Shown here in pieces: positions 9,041 through 17,379 of a stretch of DNA of 38,352 nucleotides. How positions within the stretch are numbered: position 1 is the first letter of the stretch; each line of letters begins with the position of its first letter. The position numbers and the translations under genes are program-made. The stretch covers positions 1-38,352 of IMG/VR virus record IMGVR_UViG_3300005805_000007. One strand, 5' to 3'. This DNA comes from a virus. Taxonomy: Duplodnaviria > Caudoviricetes. The notes beneath the pieces are model-generated. The model was not told the DNA's origin. It did no database searches and saw nothing but the letters and a program-made list of their open reading frames with translations.

Positions 9041-9066
9041 AAATGCCGATTGTCACAGTTAATTAG
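9041..9066 (-). promoter_or_regulatory. Copy 1 of motif TGTGACA-N4-GCATTT preceded by CTAATT (candidate late promoter/operator)
   Basis: Same motif at 16985-17008; directly upstream of the RBS of 8627..9028. Confidence 0.4.
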
Positions 9067-9116
9067 GTATAACGCCGGGGTAGAGTACTTATTATATAGG
9101 GTTACTTATGTTACTC

Positions 9117-9145
9117 ATTATACCAAAATAGTAAATATATGTCAA
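9117..9145 (-). promoter_or_regulatory. Consensus sigma70 promoter TTGACA-17-TATAAT with extended -10 TG
   Basis: Plus strand reads attata at 9117-9122 and tgtcaa at 9140-9145. Confidence 0.8.
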
Positions 9146-9326
9146 GCATTTTTTTTAATTCATGCGGGAAATATTTGTAAGTAGTTGAAATTAGGTCGAG
9201 TTTAAAAAAATATACCCCAGGACGATGCTCATATTATAATAAAGTCGAGTGCTTAGCAGCGGGGGTAGGGGGGTGCAATTCTCATACCAATAGGGATGGG
9301 CGTAGTACCACCCGACTATTAAGGCA

Positions 9327-9342
9327 TGGCACCACGTTTGCA
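9327..9342 (+). promoter_or_regulatory. sigma54 (-24/-12) promoter
   Basis: TGGCAC-CACGT-TTGCA, an exact match to TGGCAC-N5-TTGCW. Confidence 0.65.
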
Positions 9343-9378
9343 GGGGGGAATGTGGCAATAAGGAGGCCAATAGGCCGT

Positions 9379-9394
9379 TGGCACACGTTTTGCT
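9379..9394 (+). promoter_or_regulatory. sigma54 (-24/-12) promoter, second copy
   Basis: TGGCAC-ACGTT-TTGCT, an exact match to the consensus. Confidence 0.65.
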
Positions 9395-9594
9395 GTATGT
9401 TTGATGGGAATAACCGTTCGAAATTAGCATTTTGTTTGCCATTGCATACGCTCAAGCAATAAACACCTATAGATGCATAGATTAATACAATACAAGTAAT
9501 AATGCTAATGATATCAATTATGTTTAAAATTTCACAATTGCTTCATAATAGCTTAACAATTTATTGCTATTCTACACTCAGATAAGGAGATTAT

Positions 9595-9771
9595 ATGACA
9601 AAAATACAGATGATAATGGAAATCGTAAATAGCAATGATGAGTTCACTTACGAAGAATTACGTAAGCTTTGGCATGCTGAGCTAAAGATATTACATCATG
9701 CTGTTACAAAGGAAGGGTATAAAAAAGATGAACTTGTCACTTATAACTTGGAGGAAACAGACAATGGATAA
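9595..9771 (+). CDS. 58-aa hypothetical protein (MTKIQMIMEIVNSNDEF...)
   Basis: Translated manually; strong TAAGGAG RBS. Confidence 0.65.
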   Translation: MTKIQMIMEIVNSNDEFTYEELRKLWHAELKILHHAVTKEGYKKDELVTYNLEETDNG

Positions 9772-9844
9772 CAATACTTACTTAGTGTTAGTGTTTGTAG
9801 TTAACCTTATTATGGCTTTAATGTTAGTAGTTGAAAGGATGTAA
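9764..9844 (+). CDS. 26-aa single-TM peptide MDNNTYLVLVFVVNLIMALMLVVERM
   Basis: GGAGG RBS; overlaps the previous stop and abuts the next ATG. Confidence 0.55.
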   Translation: MDNNTYLVLVFVVNLIMALMLVVERM

Positions 9845-9845
9845 T

Positions 9846-10055
9846 ATGAATTGCTTATTCTGTAGTAAAAAAGTGTCATTTATTCAATCAATTATGATGC
9901 ATTTATCTGATGAGAAGCAAGTGCGCATTTGCTTTGAGTGCGTTAGAGTTATTAATAATAACGTAGCGCATAGATATAAACTTAGTGGTTGGATGATTAC
10001 AAACGATACTTTAATTGTCAATAAAGTTGTTGACTTAACAGAGGAAAGTGCATAA
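9846..10055 (+). CDS. Small Zn-ribbon protein (CxxC...CxxC), 69 aa
   Basis: MNCLFC...ICFEC; GAAAGGA RBS favours the ATG at 9846 over 9831. Confidence 0.6.
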   Translation: MNCLFCSKKVSFIQSIMMHLSDEKQVRICFECVRVINNNVAHRYKLSGWMITNDTLIVNKVVDLTEESA

Positions 10056-10159
10056 TGATTATATTAACACATCCTATTTGGTTTCATGTATTTAGAAAAC
10101 TGGAAGGCACTAAGAATGCTAAAGCGCCTGTTCACGTAAGGCGCGTAAAGATCGCTTAA
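10055..10159 (+). CDS. 34-aa basic micro-ORF (MIILTHPIWFHVFRK...)
   Basis: TAATG coupling and GAGGA RBS; 3' end overlaps the convergent ORF. Confidence 0.35.
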   Translation: MIILTHPIWFHVFRKLEGTKNAKAPVHVRRVKIA

Positions 10160-10406
10160 GATTGGCAATCCTTAGGCGTAATTCGATTTGTTTGCTTTTG
10201 GGCAGTGCAGCTGTGTTGAGTGAATCTTGTGCTCTACGTATGGAATGCTCTATTCGTAAAGTGGGATCGCTAGCGTAAGCTATGCGATACATGCGGTTGC
10301 ATTTTAAACTGCAATGTAATCTTTCGGTAACGCCCGTTTGATCTGGATTCCATTTGTCAGGCTTAGCAAAAGCAACATTGCAAAGATAACAATGCTTTAC
10401 TTTCAT
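10119..10406 (-). CDS. Hypothetical Cys-containing basic protein (CxxC...CSxxC)
   Basis: 95 aa ORF directly downstream of 10409..10795. Confidence 0.55.
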   Translation of the reverse strand: MKVKHCYLCNVAFAKPDKWNPDQTGVTERLHCSLKCNRMYRIAYASDPTLRIEHSIRRAQDSLNTAALPKSKQIELRLRIANLKRSLRALREQAL

Positions 10407-10408
10407 AA

Positions 10409-10795
10409 CTATTTAGGTTTTGGAAGTTGAGGCACTGGCTCAAACTCCCAGCATAACCGTAATATAGCTGTGCCTCTGTTTACAAACACGTCAAACGTGA
10501 GTGAATTGACAGCTTCCATTGTTGTATTGCAAAACATACCACTGGCTTTGATTTTAATGTAAATTGTTAAGTGTTTTTCACGGCTTACCAGATACTCAGC
10601 CCTACCTGGTATCCATATCTTGAGCTCTGATAACACTTTAGCAGTGTCAAACTCTTTAAATCCTCTACCAAACAACATCGGTAAAAGAACAGACAGCTCT
10701 TTAAAGTTTATCCAATCTACTGTGTGACCTTCCTTCTCATAGTTATGCGCTAATTGGTCAATGTAAGTGGTCTTGATTAGAGTAAACTTCGGCAT
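10409..10795 (-). CDS. Hypothetical protein
   Basis: 128 aa; TAATG coupling to the tail gene. Confidence 0.6.
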   Translation of the reverse strand: MPKFTLIKTTYIDQLAHNYEKEGHTVDWINFKELSVLLPMLFGRGFKEFDTAKVLSELKIWIPGRAEYLVSREKHLTIYIKIKASGMFCNTTMEAVNSLTFDVFVNRGTAILRLCWEFEPVPQLPKPK

Positions 10796-13773
10796 TACGA
10801 TATTTGCTGACCGGCTGTGACACGTGGGTAGCTCGACTTCAAACCCAATACCAGATTGATTCCAGTGAGTTGCACACCAAATCCTGCGTCAGTCCCATAT
10901 TGTGGATCAAAGATTTCATTTATTTGTAACTGAAATGATTGACATTTTTGTTGATTGAAAAACACACGCCATTGCTCTACATTCCCTGGACCTCCGTAAG
11001 GACTACCATTGCCGTACAAAGGGTCGTTACCGTAAGCAGGAGAATAGTTTTGACTAATAGCTAACAAAGATTGCGAAGGACTATCATTATAATCATAAGC
11101 TACTGTAATTGAAAGCTTATGTGGAGAATAGTAATGGCCAAGTAAAGTCATCCAATAACTACGCTCAAAACCTTGTATTCCTGCGAGAGAAAACCAGGCT
11201 GTCTTAACAGAAAAAGTCACTGGACCTTGTTTTACACGGAATGTGCCCCATTGCTGGTAATAGTAATCATACATCAGCATAAGGCCTGCATTGCCACCAT
11301 CAACAAAGATGGTAGGATCTTGAATAAGAACCTGTCCTGAGCCATTTAAAAGCACGTGGGAGTCATTATAAATAGCCATACTGACATCAGGCTCTATGCT
11401 AAGCCTCACTTCATTTGTATTGGGGATGGTAAGCCCATCGCTTACAGGGATTTGATTATAGCCTTCCACAGGTGCACCTACGTATTCTGTGGTAAGGTTT
11501 CGGTTTAACACCCAAATACCCTTATTAGATTGGAAGAATATACCGTTAGGTGTGTAGACAATGCTGTTAGCGTTGATGCAACCCACGGTACCGGTGATAA
11601 ACACAGGGTCACTAAAGTCGTTATTAGCACCAGTGATATCAGGTCCATTGCCTGTAAGATAATAAATAGTGCTGCGTTTAAATATAATAAGCTTATCGTC
11701 CATCGATGCGATAGCTGTAATACTACTTGGATCACCCTGAGCTGTGCTCGTAGGAGCAACATAAATGGTGAAAAAGTCTGAGAATTCTACTGGCGTACTA
11801 GCCAACACTTGTTTGCTATACCAAATAGTGTTACGGTCTTGATCATCTACGATGAATAACCTATTGTTAAAATTGGTGATTAAAGATGTGGGAGGAGGGG
11901 CAATATTCTCAACTACGCCGCCTGTGGTGTAAAGAATGTTATTGCCTAGAATTTGAGAATCACTTTGAGTGTCAACGTACGTTACGCTGTCTACAGCTGG
12001 ATTGTTTAAAAGCGGGGAAGCTACAGATGTAATTTGATAATACACTTGTTGAGCTTGTGACCATCTATAAATAACAATACGCACATTGCTTTTAGCTGTG
12101 AATCTAAGCGTAGGGATGTTAAGTGTAATTGTATCATTAGGTGGGGTCAAATTTACACCGACTGGAATGCTTGGAGCTGACCGGTGGATGAGACCTTGTC
12201 CGTCGGTCCATTCGTACGTTACTTGATAATAGTATTGTTGTGTTGTAAGAACGCCAGTGTTATTGCTTGGCGTAGCTAATATCTCATCCGGCCACATGTG
12301 AAAGCCTTGCTCAACAGGAGTGACTGTGTCGTACATCCATAGAAACCCACCCGAGATATTTAATGTTTGAGCAAGTTCTTCGGTCTCAAGATTTTTTCTT
12401 GACATATCAAACGTGACAAGATTTGTACCAATCTGAGCATACACGCCGTTAGGAGCGTTTATGCCTTGAGATTTGTTTACAGGAATAACAAGTGTTTTAT
12501 ATAAATAAGCAATGTTTACAAAGCCATTGACAATACTAATAGACGGAACTACTTGAGTAGTGAGATACCCAGCTCCGTTGCTATAAGCCACTTTAGCCAC
12601 AACGTTTCCGGCTTCGTCTATTAAAAAATAGCTGGGCTGATTAATACCATTGTGGGCACCTAAAAAATATATAGTGTTATTGTAAACAAAAGCTTCGCTT
12701 CCAAGGCCGGTGTCTCTGTGAACTACAACCGGAGAAGATACTACACCCGCGTTAGTACATGTAATTTTTTCAATATAATCAGTGCGCTGGGATGAAAATG
12801 AATAAGTGTTGGTCACTTGTAAAAAAAGTGTTACCTTGTTTGCATCAGCTATGGATGTAATCTGTGTACCGGTAGTAGCTACAACAGTGTGGTAGGCAGA
12901 AGATGCTGTGGATAAAGAACTATTTAATTTCCACGTATAAGCATCAGATAAATCATAAGCTGTGAGCCAGATAGAGCCGGGACCTGTTGGTCCAGGTTGG
13001 TAGCCTGTTATACTGACACGTGACGCTGTATACCCCGCGATAACAAAAGTAGCAGCTTGCTGCAATCCAGCATTAACGCTAGTTACACGCATGTTGGAAC
13101 CGTCAGTCCACCCCAAATACATAACGTCACTTATTACATGCGCATCGTATGCAATGTTAGCGGATACGCTTACATCTTGTACGGGGGCGGGACTAGTGAT
13201 AGCCGTCAACGGAATAGCAAGATAGCTAAGTCTGTTACCTGATCTAAAAAACGTAATAACGAAGTAATTGCCTAATTGATGTACTTTAGCTATAGAAGCT
13301 GTGGAGGGTAATGCTGTGATATTGATTAAAGTTTCGCCCGTATTCTGGGAAGCTATGGTATACTTCCAAACGCCGTCTCCGTCCAAGAATGCAGTGCAAA
13401 TAAGGCCATTAGTGCTCACAGCGCTGTCCACAGCTGTAATACTGGTAGCTGTACGCGCTGTAGACACTGTAGACAAAGATATAGGTTGTATTCTACCTTT
13501 GTTTATCCATTGATCACTCTCATCTGCAAACGCATAAAGATTAATGCCAATAGCTGTTAGATTGTTTTTGTATGTAGTTAGAGTGGTTGCCGACGCCCCT
13601 ACCGGAAGGCTAGTTATAGACGTAAACCCAGTACGTTTACGCAATGCATTTCCACGCTGAAACAGGGCATTCTCAAGCGTAAGAAAGTTGCCAGGATCAA
13701 TTTGCCAAGGATCATTTTTAGTGTCTAATCCTTTTGCAAACGGTATATTTAATGTTTGTTTTTGTACTGGCAT
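10795..13773 (-). CDS. Tail nozzle/head-closure protein (P22 gp10 / T7 tail tubular B-like beta-propeller)
   Basis: 992 aa, all-beta; N-terminal GLDTK..P...LENA.F.RG.ALRKR.G; NRLF, IWYS, LIIFK and GC motifs typical of this family. Confidence 0.75.
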   Translation of the reverse strand: MPVQKQTLNIPFAKGLDTKNDPWQIDPGNFLTLENALFQRGNALRKRTGFTSITSLPVGASATTLTTYKNNLTAIGINLYAFADESDQWINKGRIQPISLSTVSTARTATSITAVDSAVSTNGLICTAFLDGDGVWKYTIASQNTGETLINITALPSTASIAKVHQLGNYFVITFFRSGNRLSYLAIPLTAITSPAPVQDVSVSANIAYDAHVISDVMYLGWTDGSNMRVTSVNAGLQQAATFVIAGYTASRVSITGYQPGPTGPGSIWLTAYDLSDAYTWKLNSSLSTASSAYHTVVATTGTQITSIADANKVTLFLQVTNTYSFSSQRTDYIEKITCTNAGVVSSPVVVHRDTGLGSEAFVYNNTIYFLGAHNGINQPSYFLIDEAGNVVAKVAYSNGAGYLTTQVVPSISIVNGFVNIAYLYKTLVIPVNKSQGINAPNGVYAQIGTNLVTFDMSRKNLETEELAQTLNISGGFLWMYDTVTPVEQGFHMWPDEILATPSNNTGVLTTQQYYYQVTYEWTDGQGLIHRSAPSIPVGVNLTPPNDTITLNIPTLRFTAKSNVRIVIYRWSQAQQVYYQITSVASPLLNNPAVDSVTYVDTQSDSQILGNNILYTTGGVVENIAPPPTSLITNFNNRLFIVDDQDRNTIWYSKQVLASTPVEFSDFFTIYVAPTSTAQGDPSSITAIASMDDKLIIFKRSTIYYLTGNGPDITGANNDFSDPVFITGTVGCINANSIVYTPNGIFFQSNKGIWVLNRNLTTEYVGAPVEGYNQIPVSDGLTIPNTNEVRLSIEPDVSMAIYNDSHVLLNGSGQVLIQDPTIFVDGGNAGLMLMYDYYYQQWGTFRVKQGPVTFSVKTAWFSLAGIQGFERSYWMTLLGHYYSPHKLSITVAYDYNDSPSQSLLAISQNYSPAYGNDPLYGNGSPYGGPGNVEQWRVFFNQQKCQSFQLQINEIFDPQYGTDAGFGVQLTGINLVLGLKSSYPRVTAGQQIS

Positions 13774-13787
13774 TTTATTTTATAAAA

Positions 13788-15116
13788 TTAAAAAGTAAAA
13801 AATTGAAAATTATAATTTTGAAGAACTACGTTACCGCCGTTTAAAGGAAAATTGCCGTTACCCGCATACAAACTAGCTGTGTAGGTGCCAAGGACGCCAC
13901 TGGTAACAAAAACTGTAGAAGATATCACTTTATCTGTAGGCGTCGGGGTAGTTCCGCCTGTAGCGTAGTCATAGGTTCGGATTGGATAAACAGTCTGAGA
14001 GTATCCACTTGGTCCTGTGACTACTACGTACCAGTAGTGCCGACTTACGTTTATAGTATACGAATTTGAATTTGGGGATATTGAGATTACTATGGGCCTT
14101 GAGGCACCGCAGGTGATAGAGTTTGTAGCAACTAAAACAGCCGAGGCAGTGCCCATGGCCGCATTGTAATTAATAGCTGTTGTGTTTAAACTTGTAGGTG
14201 GAAGAACAGAGCTTGGGATAGTACCGTACAGATAACCGGCATCAATACCGTTATTGTCTATAACCGCTTTTGTTACAGTATTTACTTGAAATGTATAGCT
14301 ATCAGCTGTGTCTGGTAAATTTAAAGTAAGACCTGAAGATGATCCCACGATGCTAGCAAATTGCACAGTGTCTGCCGAATTCTTAAATTGCAGCAATCCA
14401 TTATCATTCTTAATAGATAAAGCACTGGATACATTAACGTTAGGTGCGTTTAATGTAGAAACACTCAAAGAGGTAGCTGTACCCGATGTAGCTATATTTC
14501 CCAATGAATCCAATAACAATACCGAAGTCGTACCAGCTCCTGGTAATGCTGACGGTAAGGTTAAAGAATAGTTTGCGGGAAGGACAGCATTAGGCTGAAT
14601 TTGTATGTAGTTACCGCCGGGAGTGATGTTTCTTAAAAACAGGTTACCTAGGTCCAGGGACGCGGGAGTAGCGTTCGTCTGATTTGATTCAAAAACATAG
14701 GTTTGGGTTAACGGTACGTAGGTCACAGCTGCGGGTGAAATAAGACTTCCAATAGACCCGGGCGTTCCGTTAACGTTACCAAAAGCAGTTAATTGTATTT
14801 GATTACCAAGAGTATCGTTATAGTATAAATCTTGTCCAGATACATAAAGACTGCCAACGTCCTGTCCGCCTGACAATGGGGTAAGTTGTGGGGTAAACCT
14901 TGCTGACCTTAAGTCTGTGGCATTGTTGCTGTTATAAGAAAGATCGATATTAATATCAAGAGAAGCCGAGGTAATAGGGGCCCCGTTACCCGGAGCGTGG
15001 TTATGCTGATCGATGATAGATAAAGAGTTATTAAGATCTAAAGCCCAATTAGGACCTGGCTCTTGTCCTACCGTGGGTAGGATGAGCGACATATTGGGAG
15101 ATAACGTATTGGGCAT
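13788..15116 (-). CDS. Tail fibre/spike-like structural protein
   Basis: 442 aa, rich in N/S/T/G, YSLTLP linker; GGAGG RBS. Confidence 0.6.
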   Translation of the reverse strand: MPNTLSPNMSLILPTVGQEPGPNWALDLNNSLSIIDQHNHAPGNGAPITSASLDINIDLSYNSNNATDLRSARFTPQLTPLSGGQDVGSLYVSGQDLYYNDTLGNQIQLTAFGNVNGTPGSIGSLISPAAVTYVPLTQTYVFESNQTNATPASLDLGNLFLRNITPGGNYIQIQPNAVLPANYSLTLPSALPGAGTTSVLLLDSLGNIATSGTATSLSVSTLNAPNVNVSSALSIKNDNGLLQFKNSADTVQFASIVGSSSGLTLNLPDTADSYTFQVNTVTKAVIDNNGIDAGYLYGTIPSSVLPPTSLNTTAINYNAAMGTASAVLVATNSITCGASRPIVISISPNSNSYTINVSRHYWYVVVTGPSGYSQTVYPIRTYDYATGGTTPTPTDKVISSTVFVTSGVLGTYTASLYAGNGNFPLNGGNVVLQNYNFQFFTF

Positions 15117-15125
15117 GTGCCCTCC

Positions 15126-15431
15126 TTAAAATACAAATAAATCAACTACAACGTTAGCTGAGCTATTAAGCACTAGCGTTAAATCCTTTAGTTGATTAGC
15201 ATCTTGTTTATCGTAAATGGTGGCCGCCGCTCTGACACGAATCAGCTGCCATCCCTGTAAATCTCTGCCTAACCTGTGATTAATAGTGTTATCTCCTGTC
15301 TTAAGAGACACACTCTTTAGTATTACGCCGCTGCTTTGGGGTAAGGCAAGCACGGGATTAATCTGTGTGGCCCATGCCGTTTGCAGCAGCGTCAAACTAT
15401 TGTCATCCGATTTGTAGATCGGCAATGCCAT
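15126..15431 (-). CDS. Small tail-associated protein (101 aa, starts MALPIYK)
   Basis: TAATG coupling at 15431; INHRLGR..QGW motif. Confidence 0.6.
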   Translation of the reverse strand: MALPIYKSDDNSLTLLQTAWATQINPVLALPQSSGVILKSVSLKTGDNTINHRLGRDLQGWQLIRVRAAATIYDKQDANQLKDLTLVLNSSANVVVDLFVF

Positions 15432-16444
15432 TAGTATCCTCCAAAAGAGCCGTCGCCATTTGGCGAGCCGTATCCGCCCCAACGTTCGCCAAAGGTGCGG
15501 ACGTCAGAGATAGTGTCAGGCTGACCTGCGTCTCGGTTCATAGCCGAAGATTGAATACGATCAATCAAAGCTTGTTTTTGCGCTAGCAATACTGTAACAT
15601 CAGATTCTTCTTTTTGCAAGCATTTAATTGCTGCGTCGACAATAACGTATTCGGTCCAGCCACTGATGCTATCGAGAAGATCGCTATCTTTTAAAAGAGT
15701 GCGGACGCGTGGGATATACCAAAGTCTAATATATTGATTAGCACTTGGAGTGGGGATAAAAAATAGAGTGTTGCCCACCAAACGGTAACGGAGATTAAAA
15801 ACGCCAAGGAAAGTCGAAGTAATGTTTGGAAATACATACCGATTCCTGCTGATAAAGTCAAACTTATGCAAGGTCACCCAGGCGTTACCTTGTGCTCCAA
15901 GACCGCAGTCCACTCCTAAAAGCTTATACAATGCTGGTGCGCCGTTAAAGTTAGTACCGTTGGGCAGTGTATACTGACTAGTCGAGCCGTCTGTTTGAAA
16001 GGTAAGAGGTGGAGCTACGTAATAATCCTCATACAGAGTTACGAGTAGGTCATAAAGTTCTGCGTATGATTGATTAATATAGCTATTCCATTCAGGTTTT
16101 GTAACGAAATTGCTGTTTACACGATCGGCTCTTTGCTGTGCAAGAAGACGAACTTGACCTAAACTCATAGTACCTGTGGCTGTGGGTACGGCTGATACTG
16201 ATAAGGTGTATCCGGAAGTAAGCCCGTTATCAGAGGCTACTCGGTAATAATACGTAGTACCAATAGTGACACTAGTATCAAGGTACTCAGGCGCACTAGG
16301 AGTAGATATAGTTGTAAAGGTGACATTATCTGTACTCCTCTGCAGCGGGTACGATGTAGCCCCAGCGACTTGGTCCCAAGAGATATACACTTGGCCATCG
16401 CCTTGTTGGGCTATGAGATTTTGAGGTATTGATGGTGCTGGCAC
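15431..16444 (-). CDS. Head-tail adaptor (tail tubular A-like) with N-terminal fibronectin type III domain
   Basis: P.P.NL.A..GDGQV.ISW..V.GATSY.LQRS...Y.D......TYYYRV is FN3-like; then VRLLAQQRAD...YINQSY.ELY, P.P....IRLWY.P, WTEYVIVDAA. Confidence 0.7.
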   Translation of the reverse strand: MPAPSIPQNLIAQQGDGQVYISWDQVAGATSYPLQRSTDNVTFTTISTPSAPEYLDTSVTIGTTYYYRVASDNGLTSGYTLSVSAVPTATGTMSLGQVRLLAQQRADRVNSNFVTKPEWNSYINQSYAELYDLLVTLYEDYYVAPPLTFQTDGSTSQYTLPNGTNFNGAPALYKLLGVDCGLGAQGNAWVTLHKFDFISRNRYVFPNITSTFLGVFNLRYRLVGNTLFFIPTPSANQYIRLWYIPRVRTLLKDSDLLDSISGWTEYVIVDAAIKCLQKEESDVTVLLAQKQALIDRIQSSAMNRDAGQPDTISDVRTFGERWGGYGSPNGDGSFGGY

Positions 16445-16457
16445 ACTCGCTCCTTGG

Positions 16458-16485
16458 GAAAGGGGCCCAGTTTTACCCAGGCCCT
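16458..16485 (-). terminator. GC-rich hairpin with short U tail (weak terminator or processing stem)
   Basis: AGGGCCTGG-GTAAAA-CTGGGCCCCT-TT. Confidence 0.35.
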
Positions 16486-16509
16486 ATCGTCGTCAACAAC
16501 TTGGGAGGA

Positions 16510-16893
16510 TTAGGGAGCAGTGCTATTTCTTAGTACTAACACCATTTTACGAGATTCACCGGAGGATAGGTATGTACCTGCACCTGTAGCAAGACTTGCA
16601 AACTGTATATCAATAATTTTATTTTGCACGTCATCATTATCTAATGACATGAGAACTGCGGCAGATACTGGATTAACGGGAAGTTGTTCTACCATTAAAA
16701 GTTTTACGTAAGCATCTTGCATGGTAATTCTGTATTTACCTGGAGTGCCTAACTTAGTAATAGATTCAATACCTTTGCTGTTAGCAGCATCTAGGATTGG
16801 ATCTCCACTACCATCGATCGAGAAGCTCAAGAACAAGCTTACTCGCATTTTTTCTAAACCAAACGAGAATTGATTAAAAAGCCTATTAGCCAT
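16510..16893 (-). CDS. Structural/decoration-type protein (127 aa, starts MANRLF)
   Basis: ATG at 16893 with AAAGGG RBS; GIESITKLGTPGKYRITM beta motif; located after the major capsid gene. Confidence 0.55.
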   Translation of the reverse strand: MANRLFNQFSFGLEKMRVSLFLSFSIDGSGDPILDAANSKGIESITKLGTPGKYRITMQDAYVKLLMVEQLPVNPVSAAVLMSLDNDDVQNKIIDIQFASLATGAGTYLSSGESRKMVLVLRNSTAP

Positions 16894-16980
16894 TTTAATG
16901 CCCTTTATAGCGCCCCGTTCACATTCACCGTACTTGAGGGGCTCTTTCAAGTCCGGGTACAGCCTAGGGCATCCTAGGCA
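16894..16980 (-). ncRNA. Candidate structured 5' leader (two hairpins plus H-type pseudoknot)
   Basis: GCCTAGG-ATGC-CCTAGGC; CCG.ACTTGA-AAGAGCCCC-TCAAGT.CGG, whose loop GCCCC complements a downstream GGGGC near the RBS. Confidence 0.4.
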
Positions 16981-16984
16981 TCAA

Positions 16985-17008
16985 AAATGCTGTGTGTCAC
17001 ATAATTAG
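16985..17008 (-). promoter_or_regulatory. Copy 2 of motif TGTGACA-N4-GCATTT preceded by CTAATT
   Basis: 13 of 17 core bases identical to 9041-9057. Confidence 0.4.
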
Positions 17009-17018
17009 ACAGAATCAC

Positions 17019-17327
17019 TCAACATTTCCACCGCTTAAGTGCAGCACCTTTAGGTGTGAGTTTTCCGTCTTTGGAGGTAGGACCCGGTACACCGGACATT
17101 CGGGCACAGAATGATTTACGTCTACCTGCTGCCTTAGAGCCTGGTTTCACTTTGCCGGTAACAGGACGCTTGAGTTTAGAGCCATGCTCTCTGTTATACT
17201 TCTCTCTATAAGAATCACTTAGGCCGCCTGACCGGGAATGTTTTTTAGGATTATAACCGTGGAAGGGTTTTGACTTAATCTTACCGCCGCGGGCCATTCT
17301 TATGATTTTTTCGATTCTATCTCTCAT
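17019..17327 (-). CDS. Small basic phage protein (DUF6321-like) with N-terminal MARGG tag
   Basis: GGL...R..YNR..GS.LK.PV...RRKSFCARM.G...ALKRWKC signature. Confidence 0.7.
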   Translation of the reverse strand: MRDRIEKIIRMARGGKIKSKPFHGYNPKKHSRSGGLSDSYREKYNREHGSKLKRPVTGKVKPGSKAAGRRKSFCARMSGVPGPTSKDGKLTPKGAALKRWKC

Positions 17328-17332
17328 AAAGC

Positions 17333-17361
17333 AAAAGCCCCCAGGATTTCTCCCAGGGGCC
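17333..17361 (-). terminator. Rho-independent terminator after the major capsid gene
   Basis: GCCCCTGGG-AGAAAT-CCTGGGGGC-TTTT. Confidence 0.7.
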
Positions 17362-17379
17362 CTCGTTAGCTATTTGCAA

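Noticed and set aside
9191-9442. 83-aa minus-strand ORF
   Set aside because: No SD, runs through promoter motifs and G-tracts, and has atypical composition.
9029-9594. tRNA or mini-CRISPR array in the long intergenic region
   Set aside because: GTTCGAA near 9416 has no cloverleaf context, and there are no regularly spaced direct repeats.
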